From IMG/VR virus record IMGVR_UViG_3300045988_010351: a DNA stretch of 64,000 nucleotides. One strand, 5' to 3'. The translations under genes and the position numbers were made by a program. The first letter of the stretch is position 1. Each line of letters opens with the position of its first letter. The notes beneath the pieces were generated by a model, which saw nothing but the letters and a program-made list of their open reading frames with translations, was not told the origin of the DNA and searched no databases. Positions 10,801-20,000 of the stretch are shown piece by piece. The DNA comes from a virus.

Positions 10801-12787
10801 GTTCATCCTTTATATCTTGATACTCCTTTATTGTATTAAGAATGTCTTCCTTATTCTTGTTTATTTTGGAAGCCATCTCATTCATAGCTTCTTCAGTTCC
10901 AAAATTGGCTATTATATTGCCATTATCATCTTTAGAAGCATATTGGGAAAATGGTCCAATTAAATCACCCTTTTCATCCTTTGAGGTGGTATTAACCACT
11001 ATAGACTCTAAATCTTCTTGTGAAGTTCCTGATGCCTCATTTATAGCAGATTTTAAGTCTTCTATCTTCCCTGCTTGGTCAAACATTACAATATCAGATA
11101 CTAACTGAGCATGTTCTGCATTCTTAAAGTTGAACTCATCACCCTGTTCAGCAGCTTGATTCATATCATTCTGATACTTATTATGCCTGATAAGACCCTG
11201 ATAATAGTTTTTGAACTCTGGAGAGTTAACTCTATTATTCATGTAGTTAGCAATTTCATTCTCTCTTGCTATCTTATTCCTATAATCTCTCCACTTATTT
11301 ATGGCACCCTCTTCAATAGTAATAGGAGATTGTAGTGAACCTGACTCACTTCTAATTCCTCTAAACTTTGGCATACCTAAAGCACCTGTAAGAGCACCTA
11401 TGAAAAACTCTTCCCAAGATGAAGCATCATTTACTGTCTCATTAATTCCTTCAGCAAATGCTTTGGTCCAACTCAAAGTCTCTTGTGCAGCCTTTGGGTC
11501 AGTCTTTGACTTATAGAAATTATTTACATTAGTTTCATAATCAGTTTCATAATATTTTCCTGCTATAGTTGAAGCAGCTTTTTGAGAAATTTCTTCAGTA
11601 CCTTCAGATAATGCGCCCTTTGTTATCGCAGTAGCAGCACCTAATTTTGTAGTTCCAGCTTTGTATTCACCTGGCCTACCTAATATATTATAAGCTTTCC
11701 TAGATGTTTTGAATCCATTGGCATACAATTTACCAAACTGAATTATATTAGATGCAGTAAGGATAGGTATATTCATAAGTAAGTCCATATTACCCATCTT
11801 TAATCTATCTTCATTCAGTTTACCAAGAGCTGCATTATATAATTCTCTTTCTTTTGCAATAGCTTTTTGGTAATTTAAGTAAGCTGGGTCTACAAGCTGA
11901 GTACCATCTACACCACTTTTTATAAATTGTCTTCCTGCATTAGCATTATATTCAGCTTGTATTGCATTTAACCTTTCTCTTAGCTTGTCATCAAGCTGTG
12001 CTTTATGGAGTTCAAACCAGTCTTTACTATTATTAAGTGCTTCAATTCTACCCTCATTAACAGCAGAGGTAACTGAACCTAAGCCAGTTGCAACTATAGA
12101 AGATGCTTTACTTATGCCCTTTAGAGTTTTAATCCCAGCACCTAATCTCTTAGCACCAGCCATAGCTAATTTACCAAGACCTTTAACACCAGCAGCTTCT
12201 AAACTACCACTATAGAAAGCACCTACTGTGAAACCTAAGTTCTTGATAAACTTATCACCTAAGAAATTGGCAGTGAAGATATTTTCATACCAAGGTTGTT
12301 CTTGCTCTGCTTTTGTATAATAGTTAGGCAATGCTTGTTCAGACCACTCATTAAAAGACTGCATAGCCTTAGAGAAGTCATTATCCCAAAGACCAGACCA
12401 CCTATCTTCATTTATTGCAGTTCCTGCTCCAAATAATAATCCTATAGTACCATCAAGAAAAGTAGTACCTGCAAGTATAGCACCTTTAGCAAGACCTGCT
12501 CCTATTTGTGCATACCAAGGTTGGTTTTCAGCTCTTATATCTCCAAGATTTTGAAATTGTTCTTCAGTTGAAGTAGGCTCATCAAACATGCTCTCACCCC
12601 AAGGTGTAGTAGTCCCAGCTAAGGGACTACTAACCCTTTGAGGGGCTTGTCTATTTATATCATACTGTGATATAGTTTGAGGTCTTACACTTGCAAAAGG
12701 GTCATTGTTTGCATCTTGAAGCTGCCTAAAGGTCATTGGACCACTCTTAGTAATATCTATATCCTTTACTTTAGTTTCTTTTTCCAT
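4883..12787 (-). CDS. giant 2634-aa virion/ejection (cargo-type) protein; C-terminal region carries a zincin-like HExxH motif and a PD-(D/E)xK-like motif
   Basis: A 7.9 kb ORF that is the last gene of the minus-strand structural operon. It contains AYHEAFHAVF with Glu residues 14-22 aa downstream (gluzincin-like), and GEVDILSV...FKIYDVKT resembling a PD-(D/E)xK core. No DxDGD RNAP motif was found by eye. Confidence 0.7.
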   Translation of the reverse strand: MEKETKVKDIDITKSGPMTFRQLQDANNDPFASVRPQTISQYDINRQAPQRVSSPLAGTTTPWGESMFDEPTSTEEQFQNLGDIRAENQPWYAQIGAGLAKGAILAGTTFLDGTIGLLFGAGTAINEDRWSGLWDNDFSKAMQSFNEWSEQALPNYYTKAEQEQPWYENIFTANFLGDKFIKNLGFTVGAFYSGSLEAAGVKGLGKLAMAGAKRLGAGIKTLKGISKASSIVATGLGSVTSAVNEGRIEALNNSKDWFELHKAQLDDKLRERLNAIQAEYNANAGRQFIKSGVDGTQLVDPAYLNYQKAIAKERELYNAALGKLNEDRLKMGNMDLLMNIPILTASNIIQFGKLYANGFKTSRKAYNILGRPGEYKAGTTKLGAATAITKGALSEGTEEISQKAASTIAGKYYETDYETNVNNFYKSKTDPKAAQETLSWTKAFAEGINETVNDASSWEEFFIGALTGALGMPKFRGIRSESGSLQSPITIEEGAINKWRDYRNKIARENEIANYMNNRVNSPEFKNYYQGLIRHNKYQNDMNQAAEQGDEFNFKNAEHAQLVSDIVMFDQAGKIEDLKSAINEASGTSQEDLESIVVNTTSKDEKGDLIGPFSQYASKDDNGNIIANFGTEEAMNEMASKINKNKEDILNTIKEYQDIKDELILRTGQQLSDEQLEELTWMKSQIGNWAERATSMSGEVKSAIGNVIGNLDSLLRFNQQVRDFEGQHHADITERYKQADKNVKDIEGAINTLNMVRGQDDSVLAHTLATNPKFVDGLIKDINEVDETVLSADEKADITTKLNDIVKLGNASKTYNAKLKEYLENPQKQAEDHARADEQAVQQEIKKKSDDLKASLNAAQNLQEFRGIIDAQDDTENRDKVLKELEDGGSEMAKNYRETSQYNNEVRRVLNESDAEPQVKQDAMKLFQDQFNNSDSLEYLANPNSIYINNENAFDEDSEGDVELSATRFQEAQYALQNAMSKVNNDNRFKDRFSPEYKKPVEKRGGTVRGDDRTDTGDSGTATTPTVTSSGALPTVELPVGNITAEMVSEENKKANERVETPQRPSRDTSNQFYRPAIPELHIEASKEGDFRPFDVVVGEREKGVDFSGIYGYLRDSGAFRYLNEGNLKVGDELGFMIDPSFNDHTIFIIDKRNGQVVGSLDESDYSVSRYEGLKSLEEKIRREYASRTTTQASTSNINKNEPSTIEERIIIHSSLGGKGVGQVFGYNPNKQGTKNDRASNFWRTSPADPRTLGRKNSYIEHPDGTSTITYFSDKNNKVFDRNDGLGINIWRKLTPSESKQILDYLWEGKYTTPTDLAHFVDNVMHSDKSSAQSKGKFIATPTTRASKIMVGRVPYGNTERSLKDIPNVSSTDRKPVFGIIKNGVLTTNNKIDDSLIIKPVDMSQKEGRLYLLIPNGAGKYSPAAVRVKHFNSKEFNLSDSSVSSSPIGEDIKNAITKLSTATSQDDVSAAMQDLAQDLYMQDVMVTWFNSGTGNGVVISKKVRKPDGTYEKVIIEGKEQIKEDKYDVYFSNFGKSTVISGLEFALSEDVAKEANDDERFQRTIKNPEDIYNEILGHLIKFNLPLQVSTRRINEGAYNNRLINSNILTSNITEASVRSTWFTTDYFDNEGNLHQAISPASVAPQPKRKIETPVGGTEGAISGTRITSVFSNKPYYVDLKTNTIRDDQGKSVTITNDNRILFDLAWAQDNFGDSANSSMMVDNKVLTPDGKVLDRSKQVYLSDQEAQDVKDTIAGRKKEREDRVAKSKEVISEIYENQKRVDKTRTDGEFYYVLEDDGEYHQYSRVHSRLGSNWIISDKQTSALESARFNLSKFVDNPTQYENYLKYLENKFKVDLTAYRGKTDAKSRDTIVNIVRDKMSGTNSQRALDAGSAVDSIIRQYFTIRDVSKIVKPSNMSENAFIDLITTLNNVKSNMELMGERFLADNIVLFQKYSDGTRVAGEVDILSVDKEGNFKIYDVKTSRYSFYDFIDRYGRKVNYFNNPSATQRMSTKDYYTLQLSAYKNLFESQYGVPVTKLAVMPFVLSYDKEKVSAVQSEKGIPITYNPAVNVPLVGNVKVDKPVEAPATPAQAQTVLPIFETSLEIQNPIEDLTPEHKSTDKDKVGYFEIDGKLHKGYVTPLTTINGVEVYLTKVPNITEGFGRQGEAAHVASNNYYAVFPNGKTFLAIRNNSVQGGYSQVQIEQTISKMLRGNPQRVKDMANEKTILFNPDTVPTVSTASVNTKKMPLPKVGKNVTGYLYNTENLIPVIYVKTPNNNTAQIEWDNDRKRWRMLILTPEGVKDTIMDFNMTPDTIREFVHENLNKKFTDLFESGKAEKLHSEDVRNNTTKLDEALAGFDIKFTQLSMSDYDAITTVETPATINQGNTQTGAAYTVQKEQAINNKKASRTRHKLRKVKSLDYEKWDEKKELKWLSRVLPQLSEPDRVKVVKGLIKVGKRGTLAWGQFDKGVITLSDIAAEGTAYHEAFHAVFNLLLDNGERQALYDEAKKLYGEKDNLSLEEDMAEGFREYVMTRQNRGLGKRILDFFKELFTKVTNWNNFRPSLIDYYRRINEGKYADSTFKVPTISELRGTTSTTTSFNTLSDSMQENLLKKGWTAEKFDSISQEERDQAVKCIAF

Positions 12788-12790
12788 ATC

Positions 12791-14611
12791 TTAATATCCA
12801 TAAGGATTAAACTCTTGTTCATTTGTCGTATTCTGTACTCCTAATTGAGAATGGAATAAGTAAGCTTCTTGAAGTGCCCTATTGTATTCATTTTGGACTT
12901 TCTCAGGAGTAGCAGTTATAGTTGTACCTATAGGTATGTTATTTAATCTTGCATAACTATCAGGTATTCTTATTCTACCTCCTCTCCTGTTGTTCTGTAA
13001 TACTTCAATCCACTTCATTCTTGCATCCCTATTCTGCTCATTAGTTGTATTAATACCAGCAGGCATTCTATATCTCCTTACATTACCCTTATCATCTTGT
13101 ATCATTACAGTACTACCATAAGGACTAAATCTTGTAGCAGTTACTTTATACTTGTCACTCTTCAAGTCTTCCATGGTAATTTCCTTACCTGTATCCTTGA
13201 ATCTCTTAGATTTACTATCATAATCAACTTCTTTAAGAGTAGTTCCTCTACCAGCAGTCATAATAGCATCCTTCATATCACCCTGTTGAGTACCTGCAAT
13301 AGTATAATCATACTCAGTAACTTTTGTAGCATCATATTTTGCAGTTTTTGCACTTGGATTATTTGCCACGTAGTTACCCCATAGTCTACCTATTCTTGAT
13401 GAGTCCCATCCAGACCCCTCTTTCATATTCATATTACCACCTATACTATCAAGGAATTTCTTAAAGTTAGTAGGAGTAAATTTTTTATTATTAGTTGCTA
13501 CCTGAGTTTCTGCATTTAGTAATCTTGCAGTACCTCCTCCTGAACCTGTTACTCTTATATTTGGAGTAGCATTTCTTCTATATTCTGCTAGACCTGCTGT
13601 TGTAAGTCTTACTCTACCCTTTGCATCAGTATAAAAATACTTAGAGTATTTCTTTATATTATCCTTATAGTCTTGCTCAGCCTTACTTAGTTCTCTATTA
13701 CTGTAAATGTTCAAAGGATTAATGGCAAGACTATTTAGGTTAGCTTGTTTTTGAGCTTCTGCTGCTCTCTTCTCTGCTCTAATCTTCATAGCCTCCTCTT
13801 CAGCCATCTTAGCTCTCCAGTTATCAAGAACTTGGTATTGAGTTTCACCAACTGCACTCCATAGACCTTGTTTAGCATAGTCAATAGCTCTTGCAATAGT
13901 AGCTTGGTCTCCCCAGTTTCTAACACCACTTGAATTAATGGCATCTTCAACAATCCTTGTAAGTTGAGGAGCAGCATTAGGATTATCCTGTATAGCCTGT
14001 AATACTGCTTGAGAACTAAAGCCTTTCTGCATCATAGATTCATAATATGAATTACCTAAAATATTTCTCCACTTCCTTGGTTTCTCTTGCATTTCCTTAG
14101 CCAATGCAGATGCAGCTTGTGCAGCTTGTGCAGTAATTAACTTACCTGAATATGCTTCATAAGCTAACTGTGGATTCTTTATATAATCATCAAGACTTGT
14201 AGTTGAGGCTCTTCTACTTAGCATCAATGTTGGGTCTTGAAGAAGTGCTTGTTGTTGTTGCTCTGCTTGCTTTTGTCTTGTTGCATAGGCTTGTTCAATA
14301 GGAGTTATCTCCTTACTGTACCTTGCTTTCATATTAAGCATATCCCTTCTACTTGTAGCATTAAGTCCTTCCCTTGCTAACTGACCAGCTTGCTCTTCGA
14401 GGTCATTTGCATAGGTCTTATACATTTTGTAAGCATAAGGGTCAGTCTGTTCATTAGCCATTTTATCCCATATATTTGCCTTAGTAGAGAGTTCCCCATA
14501 TTGGTCCTCTAATGCTTGATGAGCTTGGGTAGCCATCAAGGTTGGAGCCAGCATTTCTTGATAAGAGAAGGGCTTGAATTGCGAATTTATAATTAGTGAA
14601 TAGTTAGCCAT
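12791..14611 (-). CDS. 606-aa structural/ejection protein, Gln/Ala-rich, probably coiled-coil
   Basis: Long ORF lying 4 nt from the neighbouring gene in the same operon. Low-complexity QAAQ-rich composition is typical of internal virion proteins. Confidence 0.6.
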   Translation of the reverse strand: MANYSLIINSQFKPFSYQEMLAPTLMATQAHQALEDQYGELSTKANIWDKMANEQTDPYAYKMYKTYANDLEEQAGQLAREGLNATSRRDMLNMKARYSKEITPIEQAYATRQKQAEQQQQALLQDPTLMLSRRASTTSLDDYIKNPQLAYEAYSGKLITAQAAQAASALAKEMQEKPRKWRNILGNSYYESMMQKGFSSQAVLQAIQDNPNAAPQLTRIVEDAINSSGVRNWGDQATIARAIDYAKQGLWSAVGETQYQVLDNWRAKMAEEEAMKIRAEKRAAEAQKQANLNSLAINPLNIYSNRELSKAEQDYKDNIKKYSKYFYTDAKGRVRLTTAGLAEYRRNATPNIRVTGSGGGTARLLNAETQVATNNKKFTPTNFKKFLDSIGGNMNMKEGSGWDSSRIGRLWGNYVANNPSAKTAKYDATKVTEYDYTIAGTQQGDMKDAIMTAGRGTTLKEVDYDSKSKRFKDTGKEITMEDLKSDKYKVTATRFSPYGSTVMIQDDKGNVRRYRMPAGINTTNEQNRDARMKWIEVLQNNRRGGRIRIPDSYARLNNIPIGTTITATPEKVQNEYNRALQEAYLFHSQLGVQNTTNEQEFNPYGY

Positions 14612-14612
14612 A

Positions 14613-16883
14613 TTACTTCTTCTTAATAGTTAAATAACCACCCTTAGCTTTCTTATTCTTAGCTTTACTAGCTTTATTAGCTTCTTCTCTTACTGTGGCC
14701 TTTTCAGCTTCACTAAGGTCTTCATAACCATTCTTATATGTAATCTTACCCTTGTTATCAATAGAATAGTATAAAGCAGGATTACTCATAATCATATTTC
14801 TGCTATACTCTTCTCTACCAATATCTCCAAGAGAATTAAAGAGGTTAGTAAGGTTAGCACTCATACTTGCAACTCTTCTTGCATCAACAGCATCTCTTAC
14901 TGTCATAGCCTGTGCAACACCACTTAGTCTTGAACTTCTTGCCTTTAAGGCAGCTTCTTGATTTGCCATTGCAGCCTTGAGTCCCATCTCAGCATTAGCT
15001 TGATTAGTGCCCCTATTAAATTGTTCAACAGCTTGTCTTTGTGCTAAGTTATACTCCTCAGCTTGTCTTGCAAGGTCTCCTAATTTACCCTGTGCATTGT
15101 AATCAGCAGCTAATAGACCAGCCAGTGCTGTTGCTCTGTTTCCTGCACTTTGATTTACAATAGCTCTTCTAGTAGCACCAGATTGTGCATTAAGTTTATT
15201 TATATAATAGTTCCTATCAAATGGTTGGTAGGTTAAATAATCACCCAATGGATTAAACCCAATTGGGGTATATCTTCCTGCTTCATTAGCTGCATTAAGT
15301 ATAGCATCTGAACTTGAATAGTCAGGCTTACTGAATATATTTTGTCCAAGACCTATTGCAGCACCTACTACAGGAGCATATCTCAGTGCAGTAAGGTCAA
15401 ATTTTTTATCATTAGGTTTATCATTAGTTTCTTTATTAACAGTAGATTCTGCTGTTTGTATATCCTCTATAGGTACTCCTAAATGTGAAGCTCTGGAGTA
15501 TGTTAAACCTTCAGGGGTAAGAATACCATTATTATCATATATAGGTGTAGGAACAGTTTGGTCAGGAACACTGGCTCCAAAAAGATGTGCATCTCTAGAA
15601 AGATTTAAGAAATTATCATCTGGCCCAGGGCCATCAAATAATGTACCCATTCTACCACCATGTGCATATTGTATTCCTTCTTGACCTACTTGATTCTGTT
15701 GTCTTATAGCTTCTTGAGCTTGCTGTAATTTTGACATAGCACTCATGAGGCCCCTCTTACTTATTGGGTCATTAGGTCTTTCCTCACTTTCCTTTTGTAA
15801 TTTCTTTGCAGCTTTTGCAAAAGTAAGGTTCTTACCTTTACTCAAACCTAGAGAACTCCTTATACTATTGGGAACATTCATTCTATCACTAAATACATAA
15901 TCATTAAAGATAACTTCTCCCTCTTCAACAAGGTTAGGAGTTCCTTGGTCATCTACACCCATTTGTACACCCTCCATAGGGTTTTCTTCATGAGTGCCTC
16001 CATTACCTATCATAATAAGGCCATTACTAAAATCTCCCCCATTAGTATTAAGGTCTCCACCAAAAGCATGTTTCCATTTCCTAGCATTAAGAGCAAAGGT
16101 AGCCATCTTCCTTTGTTCAGGAGTACCATGCTCTTTATACCAAGTAGAAGATTTTCCTGTTCTCTCTTTTAATCTAGTAAATTTACCTCTATTTTCAGGT
16201 TTAATATGTATATTACCACCATCAGCAAAAGTATTACCAAAGGGTGACATTGTTCCTGTATATCTCATAGTTAGTGGTCCTCCATATGCTGCATAGTTAG
16301 CAAGAGCATTTAAGTCATTTTGTGTATCAACATTCTCAGCAGTAGCCCCAAAGTTAGCTATAGCTTGTTGGTTAGCTCTCTCTCTTTGCCTATTAAGCTC
16401 TGCTGTAAGATTCTTAGCCTTGTCACTAAACCAACCATCCTTACCAATATCAGACCTGTTTATATTACCTAACAGACCAAAGTTAGACTGGTCTAATAGG
16501 TCTGTCGTATTTGAGGCAGCAAACTGCATATTGCTCTGTTGTGTATTAGCAGCTTTGGCTTCTTGCACTGCCTGTTCATTTATTTGACTGCCAAAGGCTT
16601 TATTTACCAAGCCTCCAACTATATTAAGTCCAGCTCCAGCTATAGCACCCCAAGGGCCAGGAATAGCACTAGCTATGCTACCTAATCCTTGCATAGCATT
16701 GCCTACTCCAGAGGATAGTCCTCCTGAAATACCTTGACCTGCCATAGAACTAGCAGCACCTACAACACTATTAAGTGCTCCACTATTAAAGGCATTACCT
16801 AAGTTTTTTCCAAAACTTAAATTTTTATCCCAAACAGGGCCACCATTATAAAAATAGTTTGCTTTTCTTTTTTTCTTAGTCAT
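14613..16883 (-). CDS. ~756-aa structural protein with a Gly/Ala/Ser-rich N-terminal region (ejection or internal virion protein candidate)
   Basis: The ORF track extends to 16907 using a TTG codon. The first ATG (MTKKKRK) is at 16883, 20 nt downstream of a promoter-like TATCTTTG box. Confidence 0.6.
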   Translation of the reverse strand: MTKKKRKANYFYNGGPVWDKNLSFGKNLGNAFNSGALNSVVGAASSMAGQGISGGLSSGVGNAMQGLGSIASAIPGPWGAIAGAGLNIVGGLVNKAFGSQINEQAVQEAKAANTQQSNMQFAASNTTDLLDQSNFGLLGNINRSDIGKDGWFSDKAKNLTAELNRQRERANQQAIANFGATAENVDTQNDLNALANYAAYGGPLTMRYTGTMSPFGNTFADGGNIHIKPENRGKFTRLKERTGKSSTWYKEHGTPEQRKMATFALNARKWKHAFGGDLNTNGGDFSNGLIMIGNGGTHEENPMEGVQMGVDDQGTPNLVEEGEVIFNDYVFSDRMNVPNSIRSSLGLSKGKNLTFAKAAKKLQKESEERPNDPISKRGLMSAMSKLQQAQEAIRQQNQVGQEGIQYAHGGRMGTLFDGPGPDDNFLNLSRDAHLFGASVPDQTVPTPIYDNNGILTPEGLTYSRASHLGVPIEDIQTAESTVNKETNDKPNDKKFDLTALRYAPVVGAAIGLGQNIFSKPDYSSSDAILNAANEAGRYTPIGFNPLGDYLTYQPFDRNYYINKLNAQSGATRRAIVNQSAGNRATALAGLLAADYNAQGKLGDLARQAEEYNLAQRQAVEQFNRGTNQANAEMGLKAAMANQEAALKARSSRLSGVAQAMTVRDAVDARRVASMSANLTNLFNSLGDIGREEYSRNMIMSNPALYYSIDNKGKITYKNGYEDLSEAEKATVREEANKASKAKNKKAKGGYLTIKKK

Positions 16884-16904
16884 AGTATACTTATTAATTT
16901 TTTG

Positions 16905-16912
16905 CAAAGATA
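16905..16912 (-). promoter_or_regulatory. candidate -7 promoter box TAnnTTTG (Bacteroidetes sigma-A type), minus strand
   Basis: Plus-strand TTGCAAAGATAA reads TATCTTTGCAA on the minus strand, immediately upstream of the ATG at 16883. Confidence 0.35.
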
Positions 16913-16943
16913 ATAAATCATTTTTGAATATGAAAGACTTATA

Positions 16944-16990
16944 TGAAAAAAGTAGTGGTAGACAAATTAAATAACTTATCTACCACTACT
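16944..16990 (-). terminator. rho-independent terminator after the 1565-aa gene
   Basis: Perfect 12-bp stem AGTAGTGGTAGA / TCTACCACTACT with a 16-nt loop. Read on the minus strand it is followed by TTTTTTCAT. Confidence 0.6.
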
Positions 16991-17002
16991 ACTCTTGTTT
17001 AT

Positions 17003-20000
17003 TTAGATATAATAAGTAACTGCCAAATCATATAACCTTACTTCAGTGTCACTATTACCTACCATTGTAATTTTAGCCCAAGGATTTCTTACTCTGTCTC
17101 TACTATTAGTGTTTCTACCAATTTGCCATCTCCAAGTTCTAAACTTTTTCTTTAGAGAACTTGTAGTAGATATTGCTGTCTGGTATTCATTTGTAGTAAC
17201 TAGAGAATTGAAAGGGTAACTATCAGCTTTCCAGTTAATGAAATGTTCTATGCCATTAGTCCTAAACTCTACAGTATCAAATATCTTATCAAGCTGGAAC
17301 TCAGGATTAGCTATAACAGCAAGAGAGTATCCTTTATTTTCTCCAAAGAAAATACCATAGTCTTTTCCTCCCTGTAACTTCCAAATCTTATTTCCTTTTA
17401 TCTGATAAGTATTACCTTCAACATTGAACATCCACTCTACCTTACCATAGTCATAGAATGAAGAGAATGCACCTAACCTTTCACTGAAAGCCAGTGAGTC
17501 TGTACTTGTTGTGAAGTAAATATCACTGTTGTTCCTGTCATAGAATGTTCTAATAGCACCATAGTCTTCAAGATTCCATGAATCTAAAGATACATTATTA
17601 TTTATCCAAGAGTACATGTTCTTGGTATATGCAAGGTCTACTATGTTCTGTCCATTAAAGGATAAGATACCTTGATTTAGGTCATCTACAAAATACAACC
17701 CACTAGGTGTCTCTGCTATAGACCATTTATTTTGGCATCCATACTTGTCAGTCAGATATACTTTACCATCTACTTTACCACTATTAGCAATCTCAATAGG
17801 TACTCCATCTGAAGCATTTATCTGCACTCTAGGATTAAAGATGACTTTACTGATACCTGTATCTTGGAAAGCATATATGTCATTATTAAACCTTCTTAGT
17901 GCCTGAAGTCCACCCTTATCCCCATCCAAGTCCATTACATTAGCAGCATTGATATTAGTCCAAGAATCTATATCTTCTCCTAATGTCTTAGTTTTAGACC
18001 ACATTATCTGATTTGGGAATCTAATAACAGATGTATCATCCTCTCTCAGATAAGCATAATTGAAGAAAGTATTCCTTTGGGAATATACCTTGTTGAACAA
18101 GTTGAAGTTAGTAGGAGAAACAGCCAAGTTATTTTTATTACCCCTATTTCTGTCATACCTACCATCTACATTTATCCTAGTTTCACAGCAAAAAGATACT
18201 ATATCAACTATTCTATTGACATTATCATTAGCTAATGGATAAGTCTTTAAGTGGTCATATCTCCCCAAGAATGTATCTCCTTGATTTCCGTATAGTGTAA
18301 CAGTACCACTATTAGTAAAATATACAATGTCCCCACAAGGACACCAAGTGTTATTAGCCTTAGCTTGTTCTGAAGTACCTCCAAACCTGTTGGTTACATT
18401 ATCCCTGTATAATTCTCCTACTATAAAGTAATAAGCAGCGTCATCATTTGTATCATCAATTGTTCTATGTTGTAGATTAAAATTCAACAAATCAGATGTA
18501 GTTCTTATCTCCTTTTGATAAATACCTGTATACGAATTAACTTCATCTTTTGATAACCATGCTATTGGTAAATAGGCACCATCTTCATAGAATGGGTATC
18601 CTACTGTTTCATTGTCATAGTCACCATTTGATATATTTGGAAGTATTTCATATCTCCCTGCATATTCTCCCTTTTTGACCTTATCAAATGCAAATACTGC
18701 ATGTCCCGTTGATTTATATTGTATTGGTATAGGGTCTGAACTATAAATATTTCTTGGGGATATAAAGCCTCCAAGGTTTCCTATCTTATCAACTTTCGTA
18801 TACTTATAATTACTTTCTCTAGGATATTGTAAGTCTAATGGAACATCATTATATGGGTTAGTATTATAGTACCAATTTTGGACTCTTATTTTATGCTCAT
18901 CATAATTTCCATCTCCTTCACAAGTGAGTATTTTATCTATATTTCCTCTATATATAATGCCAGTAGAAGTTCCCCACATATCCTTAGTATTTAGTACTTT
19001 TATGGCACTATTAGTATCTGTATCATTCCACAGTTCTACATTAGAAATATTCATATTATATTCTTCACCTAAGTATACAGAGGGTAAACATATCCTTAAA
19101 GAAGACATGACTTTAGTCTTTAGTAGAGACTTTCTATTTTCAGAGGAATCTGTTTTACCTTGATTGGATAAAGAACCATTTCTATGCCAAGGATATATTG
19201 GATAACTTGCTGCTCCCATTATACCATCTTTATTACCTGGGTAAGTCTCATTAGTACCAAGAGCTATGCCATCTATCCACATAGGGTAATTAATCAGAGA
19301 ATATCCTGATATATGAGAAGGAGATGCACTAGGGGATTCTATATTATCATTATATAATCCACTATAATTAGGAACAAATGGATTTGTATAGGAAACATCT
19401 ATATCTGATAATGTGGTCTTTACAGGAGCAAATCCAACTACTCTAAACTTTACTCCACTCAGTGATATATTCTGAATATCATCATTGAAAGAATCATCTA
19501 ATTCTGGAGAGTGCAGAGTTACTACCCTTTTTTCAACCCCAAAGGCATTCTTAAAATTATCAGCAATATCTTCTCTAGTAGGCGTTCTTAAATAATAATC
19601 TGTTGCTTTTGGAGTATTCACAACCCCAAATATTTCAGAGTTAAAACATTCTGAGTCAGGTAATCCAATAACAGCATCTTTATATTTGTAATTTTCCTTA
19701 ATAGATTTAGATACCATCCTATATTCCAAAGGTGCTCCTCTCTGTAAAAGAGACTCAGTACTTTTATCTGACATATAGGCTGTACCAAATTTATTGTATC
19801 TAGAATAAGATGGTCTAGCAAACCAAGAAGATTGCACATAAGGAGAGTTATCATTTCTATCTCCTAAGTTATATACTGTAGGACATACTATACCTTGGCA
19901 TAATACATTTCTGTCATAGATAGTAGGATATACACATACTAATCTTGCTGCAATATATTCCTTTGTTATACCCTCAGGAATATAGACCTTTGCTTTCATA

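Noticed and set aside
5154-12215. Many 60-110 aa plus-strand ORFs nested antisense inside the 2634-aa gene, and likewise inside the 1565-aa, 852-aa, 764-aa, portal, terL and capsid genes
   Set aside because: They are short, lie antisense within long uninterrupted ORFs of an AT-rich genome, and have no start context or coding signal; typical spurious ORFs.
4883-12787. Virion RNAP assignment for the 2634-aa giant protein
   Set aside because: I scanned for the DxDGD / NADFDGD metal-binding motif and did not find it; the RNAP may be elsewhere or too divergent to see by eye.
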